64,000 nucleotides of DNA, taken from contig CALFBB010000030.1 in the NCBI GenBank assembly GCA_937944885.1, positions 2,077 through 66,076 of the forward strand, in the 5' to 3' direction. The notes beneath the pieces are model-generated. The model was not told the DNA's origin and did not search any database. It was given only the letters and a program-made list of their open reading frames with translations. The position numbers and the translations under genes were made by a program. This document shows, in pieces, positions 40,838 through 50,161 of the stretch; positions within the stretch are counted from its first letter, which is position 1; the number at the start of each line of letters is the position of its first letter. This stretch comes from an uncultured cyanobacterium. GTDB lineage: Bacteria > Cyanobacteriota > Cyanobacteriia > Thermostichales > Thermostichaceae.

Positions 40838-41746
40838 TTGAGCGAAACAAGTGCCGCTCTGGAATTCCAAGGATCAACACCCATGGCCCGCTGGTCACTT
40901 CATCCCAGTTCCCAATCCAATGCCAAAATTGTGCTGATCCCAACGGCTTTTGGCCATGACACGCAGGCGCCGATGGCTATTCTCAATGCCGGTTCTGAGC
41001 TGTGTGCCTTTGAGCCTAGGTTAGGGATCGATGTGGATAGTTTGGCGGTGGCTCAATTGTCGGGGTTTGTGGATGAGCCTCCCTATGCCATGTGTGAGGC
41101 AGCGGTAACCCAGGCTTGGCGACGACACCAGTGGCCGGTGCTTTTGCCTTCAACCATTTCCGCCAGTTGGGGAGCGATTCGGGCCCTCTGGAAGCACTAC
41201 CTCAACCTAAGTGTGGTGCATTGCAGTGCTCATGCCAATCTAATGCCCTCTCCGGAAATGACCCAGCTGGATCAAGATATGAGCTATAGCAGTGCCTCCT
41301 GGGTGGAGTTGCTTTATCAGCACAGGTTGCCAGTGGTCCATGTGGGGTTGCGCAGTGGCAGTGCCCGTGCTTACGAGTGGCTGAAAACCCATCACAGCTT
41401 GATATTCTGGGCGCAAGATGACTGGGATCCGCAGCAGGTGGTGGAGGCATTGCCGGATCAGCCGGTTTTTTTGGTGCTCGACTGTAATGTGTTGGATCCC
41501 TCATTGATGGAGGCGGTGCATCATCCGGAGCCGGGGGGTTTGAGCTGGTTTCAACTGTTGCGAACTTGTGAGGCCATCTTTGCTGCCCGCTCTGTGATTG
41601 GCCTTTCGCTGGGGGGGGTAGCGGTGGGCCCCTCAACCCGACAAACGGCTCGCACGGCGGCCCGCCTACTCAATTGGTTGCTGGCCTGCTACGGTTGCTA
41701 TTTGCTGGGGGCAACGGTTCAATCTCCAGCCCGATCTCTGGACTGA
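40838..41746 (+). CDS. Arginase/agmatinase-fold protein with degenerate metal ligands
   Basis: VHVGLRS, LDPS...PEPGGLSW motifs of ureohydrolases; DAHxD reads SAHAN and DxD reads DCN. Confidence 0.75.
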   Translation: MSETSAALEFQGSTPMARWSLHPSSQSNAKIVLIPTAFGHDTQAPMAILNAGSELCAFEPRLGIDVDSLAVAQLSGFVDEPPYAMCEAAVTQAWRRHQWPVLLPSTISASWGAIRALWKHYLNLSVVHCSAHANLMPSPEMTQLDQDMSYSSASWVELLYQHRLPVVHVGLRSGSARAYEWLKTHHSLIFWAQDDWDPQQVVEALPDQPVFLVLDCNVLDPSLMEAVHHPEPGGLSWFQLLRTCEAIFAARSVIGLSLGGVAVGPSTRQTARTAARLLNWLLACYGCYLLGATVQSPARSLD

Positions 41747-41861
41747 GGCTGGCTCCGCCTCAGCTGATACCGCTTGGCGCTGACCCATAGGGGTGTTTGC
41801 ACCAGGGGTCTAGCCATCCTCTGGCAGAGCAATCCGTACCGCCTGACAAGAAGGTGGGATC

Positions 41862-42614
41862 TTGCCTCGGATCCCCATCTATGCCGAGGATAGTTGCAAC
41901 CGCCTCAGCCGTAGCCGTGAAACCTACTATGAAGCGGTACTGCAGGATATTAACCGACAGAAAAATCCGGTTGAGCAGCTTTTTATTCTGGGAGATGTGA
42001 TCGGGCCTACCTCCGAATCGGAACGGCTGATTGAACGCTTGCAGAACCCTAAGTCCGGCGAACTTAAGCCTCAACTGTGTTTGGGTTGGTGGGAAGAACA
42101 AGCCCTAATCTTACATGGCCTAGGCCGCACAGGGGATCCGGTAGAATTGCGTCAGCAACAGGGATCTGCTGCCATTGAAAAGCTCTGGAAAGCCATTTCC
42201 AAATCCACCCTCCACTGGATCCGCTCTTGGGATTTCGGCATCCAAGAATTGGATTGTCTTCTCATTCACGGCAGTACCCTCAGCGTGAGTGAGGCCCTGA
42301 CTCCTAGCACTCCCCCTTGGCAACTGTGGGATCGGGTGGCGAGAGCAGAGGTAAACACTCTGTTCTGCGGTCGTTCCGGTCAAGCCTTTCATCTACAGCT
42401 CCAAGGGGGCTCTGTGCACGAGTCCTTGATGACTCTCCAGGGATCCCAGCCGGAGCAAGCAAAAACTGTAACCCCGAAACAGGTTATTGGGGTAGGCAGC
42501 GTGGGCAAGGTACCGCAGCAGGCAACCTATACCCTCTATGATCCGGGCTCCGGTCGTGTGCAATTTCAGCAAGTTCATTACGGAACTTCCGGCCGCGGAT
42601 TTGCTCCCCGATAA
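41862..42614 (+). CDS. Degenerate metallophosphoesterase-family protein, N-terminus possibly disrupted
   Basis: YEAVLQDI, LFILGDVIG, GWWEEQ, IHGS, FCGRSG, GVGSVG...ATYTLYD; no first (S/D)xxxGN motif before YEAVL. Confidence 0.6.
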   Translation: MPRIPIYAEDSCNRLSRSRETYYEAVLQDINRQKNPVEQLFILGDVIGPTSESERLIERLQNPKSGELKPQLCLGWWEEQALILHGLGRTGDPVELRQQQGSAAIEKLWKAISKSTLHWIRSWDFGIQELDCLLIHGSTLSVSEALTPSTPPWQLWDRVARAEVNTLFCGRSGQAFHLQLQGGSVHESLMTLQGSQPEQAKTVTPKQVIGVGSVGKVPQQATYTLYDPGSGRVQFQQVHYGTSGRGFAPR

Positions 42615-42842
42615 CTTGTCAACTTGACCGAAAAAAGCATATTGGCTTGGTCTAAACCAGAGATCCTAAGCTAAGAGAGGGATCCTAACCCACAACAATA
42701 GTGACCAAGATTTTCAAAGATTATTGTCTTGTTTTTGCTTTGATTGACGATACAACTCCTTTTGGGTTGGACTCGTAGGTTCTGCCTTAAGATACTTGCT
42801 TTAGGGCTGTTGGACGGCTCATCTTAGCCCAGGAATATCCTC

Positions 42843-43244
42843 CTAAAGACTAATCACCTGGTCCGGCATGTTGTTAGCCAAAGCCTGGTAGAGATCGGGA
42901 AAACACCCGACAGTAACACCATCAACCACATTCTGAACCTGACATACGCCCGGTTCCTTGCGCCCTGAGCCATCCGCTGTACACCAGCGAGGCTCACCTA
43001 CCGCCAGCTTGCGCTCCAGAGCACACAGGTCACACATCATAAGCAAAATATTTTTCTCCCGGGCAACTTTAGCCAATCTCTCGCCGATGGGGTGCCCTTT
43101 GCTGAGAACAAAGCAGTTGTCATCAAAAAAGAACATACCTACCACATCCACCCCATGCACACCCACTTCCAGTTGAGGTAGTATCATCTGCCCCAACTTA
43201 TAGGTCCCACAGCGAGGGGTAATAAACACATAGGCAACTTTCAT
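42843..43244 (-). CDS. DsrE/TusD-like (SaoD-type) sulfur-relay fold protein
   Basis: MKVAYVF...MILPQLE.G.HG.DVVGMFFFDDN...GERLAK...MMCDLCALER...GCFPDLY. AAGAGGAG places the start at 43244. ~47% GC in sampled lines; no GGGATCCC. Confidence 0.75.
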   Translation of the reverse strand: MKVAYVFITPRCGTYKLGQMILPQLEVGVHGVDVVGMFFFDDNCFVLSKGHPIGERLAKVAREKNILLMMCDLCALERKLAVGEPRWCTADGSGRKEPGVCQVQNVVDGVTVGCFPDLYQALANNMPDQVISL

Positions 43245-43411
43245 GGGCATCTCCTCTTGGCATTATCCAAAAACTTAAATTGGAGTTGACAACTTAGGCT
43301 GGATAAACTTTTAACTTTTAACAGAAACTGACTAAGCATGTTCTGTACAGATATTTTAATCTAAAATCTAATCAGCTTGACTGTGTATCTATGTGTATCT
43401 ACATCTGTGCT

Positions 43412-44671
43412 CTATTCCGAATTATTGCCTTGACTGACTGTTTTTCTCCATGTCTTGAGCTCTTCGACTGTCCTTGCCAAGCTGGGTTTAATTAAGGCAG
43501 GCACAATCCGCTGTGCAGCCATGCGTGCGCCGGACAGATTGCGTGCCACGGGTCCTACCTGCAAAGCTGCCAAGCCTCCCATAACAAACAGCTCACACCC
43601 CGGCCAGCGCAAATGGCTATCCAGGATGGGTAGCCCTCCCACAGCCTTGAGCGGGTGCCGCTCCATCACCGGCTGCAAGATCTTTTCATCAGTCACGTCT
43701 ACCCGATAGCCGGTCGCCAACCAAAGGCGGTCCGCCGTTAAGGAGCTACCGTCGCTACAGCGGATTTGCCACCGGTGGTTTTGCCAAGCAGCCCTTTGGA
43801 TCTGACAGGACTCCTGCAAAACAAGGGATCCCTGACGTACCAGGGAGCGCAGCTGGGTTAACACCTCCGGCGTGAAGGATCCCCCATCTCGGGCTGCCTG
43901 GATGAACTGCCAGCGACGTTCCCAGCAGCTTTCCTGCTCAAACCCTTTCAAATACTTGGGGCCTAACCAACCGGGATCGGTATCAAAGAGCTGCTCTCGA
44001 GCAGGCCGCCGGGTCATGAGAATCACCCGTGCTCCTCGCTTCACGGCTCCCAAGGCCAAGTGACCACTGGTCAACCCTCCACCAACAATGACGATGGTTT
44101 CTCCAGCCAGCTGCAGAGAAGGAAGATCCACCTCACAGGAGTGGCACAGGCGCCCCGGCGGATGGTCTAGCCCCAAGCTCCAGGGCGGTAGAGCCGGGAT
44201 CCCAGTACCTCGGGCCAGAACAACGCGGCGAGCTGCCAGGGTTTCTCCATTGGAGAGGTCCAAGGCAAACCCAGGCTGTAAAGACCGCACCTGCTGTACC
44301 TGAGCAGGGATAACCAGAGAGTCTAGCCGCCAACGGCGGACCAAATCTCGACAAAACTCTTCAAACAAAGCAGTGGTGGGCCGATCATAGGGAGGCACAA
44401 AAGGCTGAGACCAAGACTCAGCCAATCGCCGTAACCCGTAGGGATCAGGATCCGGATGATGCACCGCCGGTGAACGCAAATAGGGAATCTCCTGCGCGCG
44501 AAACTGCCGCTGCCAGTGGGTCATCCAGCTCCCTGAGGGATCCAACAGCCGGATGCGCTGATGCCAACCCTTGCGCTTCTGCAACAGGTGTGTCACCAAG
44601 GTGAGCGCTTGCGGCCCTGCCCCAATAACAGCAATGTCCACTCGCTGGCTCGCTGGATCGGTGGATGCCAT
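43412..44671 (-). CDS. FAD/NAD(P)-binding oxidoreductase (SidA/IucD/PvdA N-hydroxylase-like)
   Basis: IGAGPQAL (FAD), LRSPAVHHPDP, VGGGLTSGHL (NAD(P)H), LWLATGY, LFVMGGLAAL. Confidence 0.85.
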   Translation of the reverse strand: MASTDPASQRVDIAVIGAGPQALTLVTHLLQKRKGWHQRIRLLDPSGSWMTHWQRQFRAQEIPYLRSPAVHHPDPDPYGLRRLAESWSQPFVPPYDRPTTALFEEFCRDLVRRWRLDSLVIPAQVQQVRSLQPGFALDLSNGETLAARRVVLARGTGIPALPPWSLGLDHPPGRLCHSCEVDLPSLQLAGETIVIVGGGLTSGHLALGAVKRGARVILMTRRPAREQLFDTDPGWLGPKYLKGFEQESCWERRWQFIQAARDGGSFTPEVLTQLRSLVRQGSLVLQESCQIQRAAWQNHRWQIRCSDGSSLTADRLWLATGYRVDVTDEKILQPVMERHPLKAVGGLPILDSHLRWPGCELFVMGGLAALQVGPVARNLSGARMAAQRIVPALIKPSLARTVEELKTWRKTVSQGNNSE

Positions 44672-44698
44672 AGTCAGCAGAAGGCTATCTAGCTGTAA

Positions 44699-44713
44699 TG
44701 ATAATCATTCTTA
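44699..44713. promoter_or_regulatory. Probable Zur box
   Basis: TGATAATCATTCTTA is a 13/15 match to the cyanobacterial Zur consensus TGATAATnATTATCA, 27 bp upstream of the flavoprotein ATG. Confidence 0.65.
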
Positions 44714-44744
44714 GATTAACAGAATCCAGCTAGGGTGGGTTGAC

Positions 44745-45630
44745 AAAAGTGTCCGTAGGCAGGGAAGGGGGGTAGAATCCGGCATCGGAGAGGATTGCCC
44801 CCACAGCAAAGTCTCACGCGCAGAGCAGACGGCTATTATGGCCAGTTCTGTTTTGATGCTGACCGCAAGGAACAAGGGGAATACAGTGGCAATGTTATTG
44901 GGATTGATTTAGGGCTGAAGTCTTTCTACAAAGACCAAAACAATAAAGCGGTTGAATGCCCCAAGTTTTTGCGCAAGGCAGAAAAGCGTTTAAAGCAACA
45001 ACGGCGGCGATTAAGCAGAAAGTTTGTGAAAGGGGCAAAACCTCAATCCAACAACTACCATAAGCAAAAGAAGCGACTGGGGAGAGTGCACCTTAAGTTT
45101 CAACGCCAACGGAAAGATTGGGAAATTAAGTTAGCCCGAAACGTAGTGGCATCTAACGATGTCATGGTGTATGAAGACTTGAAGGTATCGAACATGGTTA
45201 AGAATCATCCCTTAGCCAAGTCTATTTCTGATGCCAGTTGGTATCAATTCACCCAATCGCTAGACTACTATGGCAGGATTTGGGGTAAAGCAGTAGTAGC
45301 GGTTCCGACTAACTACACATCCCAAGGCTGCTCTAATTGTGGTCATCGGGTCAAGAAAAGTCTATCAACCAGAACTCATGCCTGTCCTATCGATTGGGGG
45401 GTTGAAATGTGCTGCGATACCAACGCCGCATTAAACATCCTCAAAAAGGGCATGGCTATTCTAGGTATAGATTGGCAAAACAGTACCCAAAGGCATTGGG
45501 GAAGTGGGGAGAAATCCCGAACGACTGAGGAGATAATTGCCTCTGCTATGAATGGGCAGCCTAAAATAGTAAGCAATGTTGTTGAATCAGTAACAAGAAT
45601 CCTCTCCCTTTAGGAAGGGGAGTATGTCAA
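44745..45630 (+). mobile_element. Truncated IS200/IS605-family (IS1341-like) element; left boundary uncertain
   Basis: Lower GC; tnpB fragment; right-end hairpin GAATCCTCTCCCTTTAGGAAGGGGAG ending in TATGTCAA at 45630; a candidate TTGAC motif at 44740-44744. Confidence 0.75.
44795..45613 (+). pseudogene. tnpB: N-terminally truncated TnpB (RNA-guided endonuclease family)
   Basis: Homology starts at RRADGYY; RuvC-I GIDLG, RuvC-II YEDL, zinc finger TSQGCSNCG...CP, RuvC-III DTNAALNI; HTH/REC/WED N-terminal part missing. Confidence 0.88.
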
Positions 45631-45667
45631 AAGTTCTGTTGTCTTCATCTGCAAAAGGCAGCTTTCT

Positions 45668-46693
45668 TTGTTCCCCCTTCGCCCCCACGACTCCTTGGAC
45701 CTAACCCCTGAGGCTCCCTCGCCGCGGTTGATTACTGAGATTGGCGAGGTAGGGCTCTTGCAGATTGTGCAGCGCTACTGTCCGACTCAGGTGGTGGGGG
45801 ATGATGCGGCGGTGTTAGAGCCTCCCCAAGGGCAGTTGGTGGTCACCACCGATGTGCTGGTGGAAGGGGTACACTTTAGCGATTTAACAACCCCGGCGCA
45901 TGCGGTGGGGTGGCGATCGGTGGCAGCGAACTTATCCGACTTAGCAGCGATGGGATCCCGGCCCCAGGTTTTGGTGATGGGTTTGGGTTTGCCTGCTTCC
46001 ACGCCCATTGTCTGGGTGGAGGAGCTGTACCGCGGCATGCAAGCCTGTAGCGAAGAGTGGGGAGCCGCCCTGGTGGGAGGGGATTTGTGTCGCTCCCCGC
46101 ATCGATTTGTGGCCATTACAGCTTTGGGAGCGGTGCAACCGGGGCGGGCTGTTCAACGGAAATTGGCTCAGCCGGGGGATTGGCTGGTGGTGACAGGGCC
46201 GCATGGGGATGCTCGGGCCGGGTTAGAATTGTTGCTGCACCCAGAGCAGGGAGCCGGTGTGGCGGCAGCCGAGCAGGAGTGGCTGATCCGAGCCCACCAA
46301 TACCCCCGTCCCCGCCTGGATATTGTGCCGATCTTGAACGGGATCCCGGATCCACTGCGCATAGGCGGGATGGACACCAGTGATGGCCTAGCGGATGCGC
46401 TGATCCAGGTATGCCAGGCCAGCGGGGTGGAGGCGACAATTGATCTAGAGCGGATCCCTCTTTCAGCAGCCTTGCAGCAGGCCTTCCCGAAACAAGCGCT
46501 CGAGTGGGCTTTGTACGGGGGAGAGGACTTTGAGTTGTTGCTGAGTCTAGAGCCGGCGGTGGCCCAATATCTTCTGCAGCAGCTACCCGGCTCAGCCTGT
46601 ATCGGGGAGATCACCGGCTGGGATCCCAAGGGAACTGTTCACTTGCAAGGGGGGGAGATCCTCAGCCGGCAGTGCGCTTTCCAGCATTTTTGA
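45668..46693 (+). CDS. thiL: Thiamine-monophosphate kinase
   Basis: GDDAAV, TTDVLVEGVHF, NLSDLAAMG, GGDL, DTSDGLAD, GGEDFELL. Confidence 0.96.
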   Translation: MFPLRPHDSLDLTPEAPSPRLITEIGEVGLLQIVQRYCPTQVVGDDAAVLEPPQGQLVVTTDVLVEGVHFSDLTTPAHAVGWRSVAANLSDLAAMGSRPQVLVMGLGLPASTPIVWVEELYRGMQACSEEWGAALVGGDLCRSPHRFVAITALGAVQPGRAVQRKLAQPGDWLVVTGPHGDARAGLELLLHPEQGAGVAAAEQEWLIRAHQYPRPRLDIVPILNGIPDPLRIGGMDTSDGLADALIQVCQASGVEATIDLERIPLSAALQQAFPKQALEWALYGGEDFELLLSLEPAVAQYLLQQLPGSACIGEITGWDPKGTVHLQGGEILSRQCAFQHF

Positions 46694-46866
46694 TCCCGGG
46701 CTTCTTGGCTGTGAAGTTTGCTTAATCAAATCTGTTCTAGAGGCATCAAGATGTAAGGGTCTAGGGATCCCTGCTGTTTCCCGCTTTCCGTGTTGGGGTT
46801 GACCGCACTTTGGGCAAATTCCTTCCATAATCAGGGGGGATCCCGCTTACCTCATGAGCTAACTCA

Positions 46867-48921
46867 ATGGAAACACTGCTGCTGATTTTGCAGGAAGAGC
46901 CGATTCTCTCCTTTGCCCTGTTGCTAGGGGTGATCCTGGTGGTGCCGCTGCTGTTTGAGTGGTTGCGCCTACCGGGGTTGGTGGGTCTTCTGGCGGCAGG
47001 GATTGCTTTGGGGCCACAGGGGTTGAATTTGCTGACGGCAGAATTGCCGGCGGTCAAATTGCTTTCCGATATCGGTGTGATCTATCTGCTATTTGTAGCC
47101 GGGCTGGAGATCGATCTGGATCAGTTTCGCCAGACCCGCAGTCGCTCCGCCACCTTTGGTTTTTTCACCTTTGCCATTCCCTTGGTGGTGGGTACCTTGA
47201 TTGGGCGAGCCTTTGGCTTTGGTTGGAACGCGGCCATTTTACTGGGATCCCTGTTTGCTTCCCACACCCCCTTGGGCTACCCGATCGTCAGCCGTTACGG
47301 TCTGGTCAAAAATGAGGCGGTGTTGGTAACCATTGGCGGCACCATCTTCACAGATATCGCCTCGCTGCTGGTGTTGGCAGTTTGTGTGGGCATCCATGGG
47401 GGGGAATTTTCCCTGTGGAGCTTGCTGGGTCTGCTGGGATCCCTGTTGATCTATGCGGCAGCAGTTCTATTGGGTTTGGATTGGTTGGGGCAGCGGTTTT
47501 TCCGCTACACCGGCAGCGAAGAGGGCAACCAGTTTTTGTTTGTGCTCCTGTCTTTGTTTGTGGCCGCTCTAGGGGCGCAGTGGATTGGGGTGGAGAAGAT
47601 CATCGGCGCCTTTTTGGCGGGTTTGGCCGTCAACGATGTGCTGCGGGAGGGGCCGGTGAAAGAAAAAATTGTTTTCGTGGGCAGTGTTCTGTTTATCCCT
47701 GTTTTCTTTGTGGATATAGGGCTGCTGATTGATTTACCGGCTTTTGTGCAGACCCTTAGCTCCGTATGGTTAATGTTGGCCATCTTGGTGGGGTTGAGCT
47801 TCAGCAAGTACGCTGCTGCCCAGATCTGTCAGTGGTTGTATCGCTATACGCCCGCTCAGAAACTCATGATGTGGTCGCTCTCTTTGCCACAGGTGGCCGC
47901 AACCTTAGCCGCAGCAGTGGTGGGGTTTCAGGCGGGGTTATTGAATACGGCCGTCTTGAACAGTGTGATTGTGTTGATGTTGGTCACCGCCACCCTGGGC
48001 CCAATTTTGACCAGTCGAGCCGGGGCACAAATGGCCATGCAGGAGGAAAAAAACCAGGGGCTCTCTCCTGCTGCTAGGGCTATCCCGCCGACAGTTCCCC
48101 AGGCTGCTCCTTACGTGGTGGTGGTACCAGTGGCCAACCCGGAGACCGAAGAAAATCTGCTGGAAATGGCCGCCCTACTGGCCAAACACGAGCAAGGCCG
48201 CATCGTTCCCCTGTGGGTAGCTACCGGTCATTTGCACATGGACTCTCCTTCTCTACAAGCTGACCTAGACCATGGGGAGTACCTGCTCAAGCGGGCTGTA
48301 GCCTTCTGTCAGCAATTTGGCGTAGAAGCCACCCCCATCACCCGCATCGACAGCCACATTGACCAAGGGATCAGTCATGCCAGCCGAGAACAGAACGCCA
48401 GCCTGATCGTCATGGGATGGAGCGATACCACTGGATTACGAGCCCGCCTCTTTGGCAACGTAATCAACAGTGTGCTCTGGGCTGCCCATTGCCCGGTAGC
48501 TGTGGCCCGCTTGCAGCAGCCCCCTCATAAAATGCAGCGGATCCTGGTGGCTCTGGAAAACTTTCGCTCTCAATCGGCTCGTTCTGTACGCTTGGCCCAG
48601 ATCTTAGCCGCCGCCAATCAGGCGGAAATGACCCTGGTGCATGTTTGCCCCCTAGCTACCACCGAGGCGGATCGGCAGTGGCTGGCCTCTCAGCTGCAGC
48701 TGCTGGCCGAGTCAAGCCACTTTGGCTCAGGGCAGGTGAAAGTCCTTGCCGGCGACGACATCGCCAAAACCCTCCTAAAAGAGGCGGAAGGATTTGACCT
48801 GGTAGTTTTGCCGTCGTTCCGCAGGCGCAACCGCAGCGGTACTCTCTCCTTGAGTGATATCACGACCACAGTTCTGGAGCGGCTCCACTGTTCCTTGGTC
48901 ATGATCGGGGAGCCCCTCTAA
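46867..48921 (+). CDS. CPA2 cation:proton antiporter with C-terminal universal-stress-protein domains
   Basis: LFVAGLEID, ASHTPLGYP, TDIASL, GAFLAGLA, FIPVFF; VVPVANP and VMGW USP-like domains. Confidence 0.9.
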   Translation: METLLLILQEEPILSFALLLGVILVVPLLFEWLRLPGLVGLLAAGIALGPQGLNLLTAELPAVKLLSDIGVIYLLFVAGLEIDLDQFRQTRSRSATFGFFTFAIPLVVGTLIGRAFGFGWNAAILLGSLFASHTPLGYPIVSRYGLVKNEAVLVTIGGTIFTDIASLLVLAVCVGIHGGEFSLWSLLGLLGSLLIYAAAVLLGLDWLGQRFFRYTGSEEGNQFLFVLLSLFVAALGAQWIGVEKIIGAFLAGLAVNDVLREGPVKEKIVFVGSVLFIPVFFVDIGLLIDLPAFVQTLSSVWLMLAILVGLSFSKYAAAQICQWLYRYTPAQKLMMWSLSLPQVAATLAAAVVGFQAGLLNTAVLNSVIVLMLVTATLGPILTSRAGAQMAMQEEKNQGLSPAARAIPPTVPQAAPYVVVVPVANPETEENLLEMAALLAKHEQGRIVPLWVATGHLHMDSPSLQADLDHGEYLLKRAVAFCQQFGVEATPITRIDSHIDQGISHASREQNASLIVMGWSDTTGLRARLFGNVINSVLWAAHCPVAVARLQQPPHKMQRILVALENFRSQSARSVRLAQILAAANQAEMTLVHVCPLATTEADRQWLASQLQLLAESSHFGSGQVKVLAGDDIAKTLLKEAEGFDLVVLPSFRRRNRSGTLSLSDITTTVLERLHCSLVMIGEPL

Positions 48922-49458
48922 AGCCAATAGCAGGTCGGATCCCCCCTGCTGCCGACAGCTGCGGATGCGGTGCTCCGCCACCCCTACCATCCGCCCCAAC
49001 CACTCATCGGGTACAGACGTGAGTAAATCGGGGCCATAACTTTGGCAAAGGTGGTGCCAGAGCAAGGCTGCCCGTCGCTGGCTAGGGTATGCCTCTGTCA
49101 CTTTTTGCAGCACCTCTGCACTGTAGGCACGGCGACGATAGCCCCACTGGCGCTCCAAAAAGGTAGCCGGAGCCTGTAAATAAACCTGACCAATGGGTAA
49201 AACCGCCCGGCAATCCCGGTCGATGGCCATACCAACAGCCCCACCAAATTGCACCAGCTCAACAAGATGAGGCTTCTCCAGCACCAAACCATGGGGTCCC
49301 TTCCCCTTCACCAGCCACACCTGGCCGCTGCGCACATACTCCAGAAGCCTCTGAGAATCCCAGGGGAGAGAGCCGCGCAAAAGCTCTTCCGGCAGGGTTA
49401 GGGGCGGAGTGCTATAGACGTTGATGGGTATGGGGATGCTGCTTAATGTTGTCGGCAT
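48775..49458 (-). CDS. Conserved cyanobacterial Crp-fold-like hypothetical protein
   Basis: SGQVW...G.VL...GGAVG...DCRAVLPIG...VPDE.LG.MVGV...IR pattern recalled from a conserved family; the ORF runs 147 nt into the convergent antiporter. Confidence 0.55.
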   Translation of the reverse strand: MPTTLSSIPIPINVYSTPPLTLPEELLRGSLPWDSQRLLEYVRSGQVWLVKGKGPHGLVLEKPHLVELVQFGGAVGMAIDRDCRAVLPIGQVYLQAPATFLERQWGYRRRAYSAEVLQKVTEAYPSQRRAALLWHHLCQSYGPDLLTSVPDEWLGRMVGVAEHRIRSCRQQGGSDLLLALEGLPDHDQGTVEPLQNCGRDITQGESTAAVAPAERRQNYQVKSFRLF

Positions 49459-49903
49459 CCTTCACCTCCACCACCGCATTGATAATTCGTCGGGGCTCAA
49501 CCTTGTAGTTCAGCTTGAATACACCCTCTGCCGGCGTACAGGTTTGATGGAGGGGAATGTAGCGAAACTGTGGCTTACTGCGATAGGTGCGAGCAGCAGC
49601 TTGCGCCCGTTCCACAAAGTCTTCCCCGAAAAAGACCCCTGCCGGAATGATATTCACCGGCAACAGAGGGATCCCATCTTTGACAATCTCTCCATAGGTA
49701 GTGGCATACAGCAGATGATAGGAGGTGCTGCGCTGCTGCCGAGCCAAGCAATCGAGAGCAGCCGCAGGGATCGGCTCTAGCACCTGAAGCTCCTTCAGGC
49801 GACCCTCTTCATCCCGTTGGAAGCAAGTGGCCACTCCCAACACCACATATTGCAGCTCCTCTGCGGTATTCGAGCCAGGACTTGGTTGAGCAGGATCCAA
49901 CAT
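49412..49903 (-). CDS. Conserved cyanobacterial hypothetical protein
   Basis: YVVLGVATCF...EPIPAAAL...AARTY...DNIKQHPHTH motifs. ATG at 49903 preferred. Confidence 0.75.
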   Translation of the reverse strand: MLDPAQPSPGSNTAEELQYVVLGVATCFQRDEEGRLKELQVLEPIPAAALDCLARQQRSTSYHLLYATTYGEIVKDGIPLLPVNIIPAGVFFGEDFVERAQAAARTYRSKPQFRYIPLHQTCTPAEGVFKLNYKVEPRRIINAVVEVKDADNIKQHPHTHQRL

Positions 49904-50161
49904 CAGTAACGGGTCTCCACACCAGTTGACCGGCTGCTTTGCTTTTGGGCTCTGCCAGTGGAACACAGGTTGTCTTCACCATACCAACAATTCCGCTGTT
50001 GGGCACCTGGTTTGGATAAATGGTGATGGAGCGTACAACTGGCAACAAAGCGACAGCGACATTCCTGTCCAAACTGTGCAGATGCAGGGCAGCGAGAACC
50101 TGATATGGTAGGCGTTATCTTGACTGCCTTGCCTTTTTGCTCCGTGCAGCCACCCCCTCTG

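Noticed and set aside
44740-44778. TTGACA ... TAGAAT as a sigma70 promoter for the tnpB fragment
   Set aside because: The spacer is 27 bp, far from 16-18 bp.
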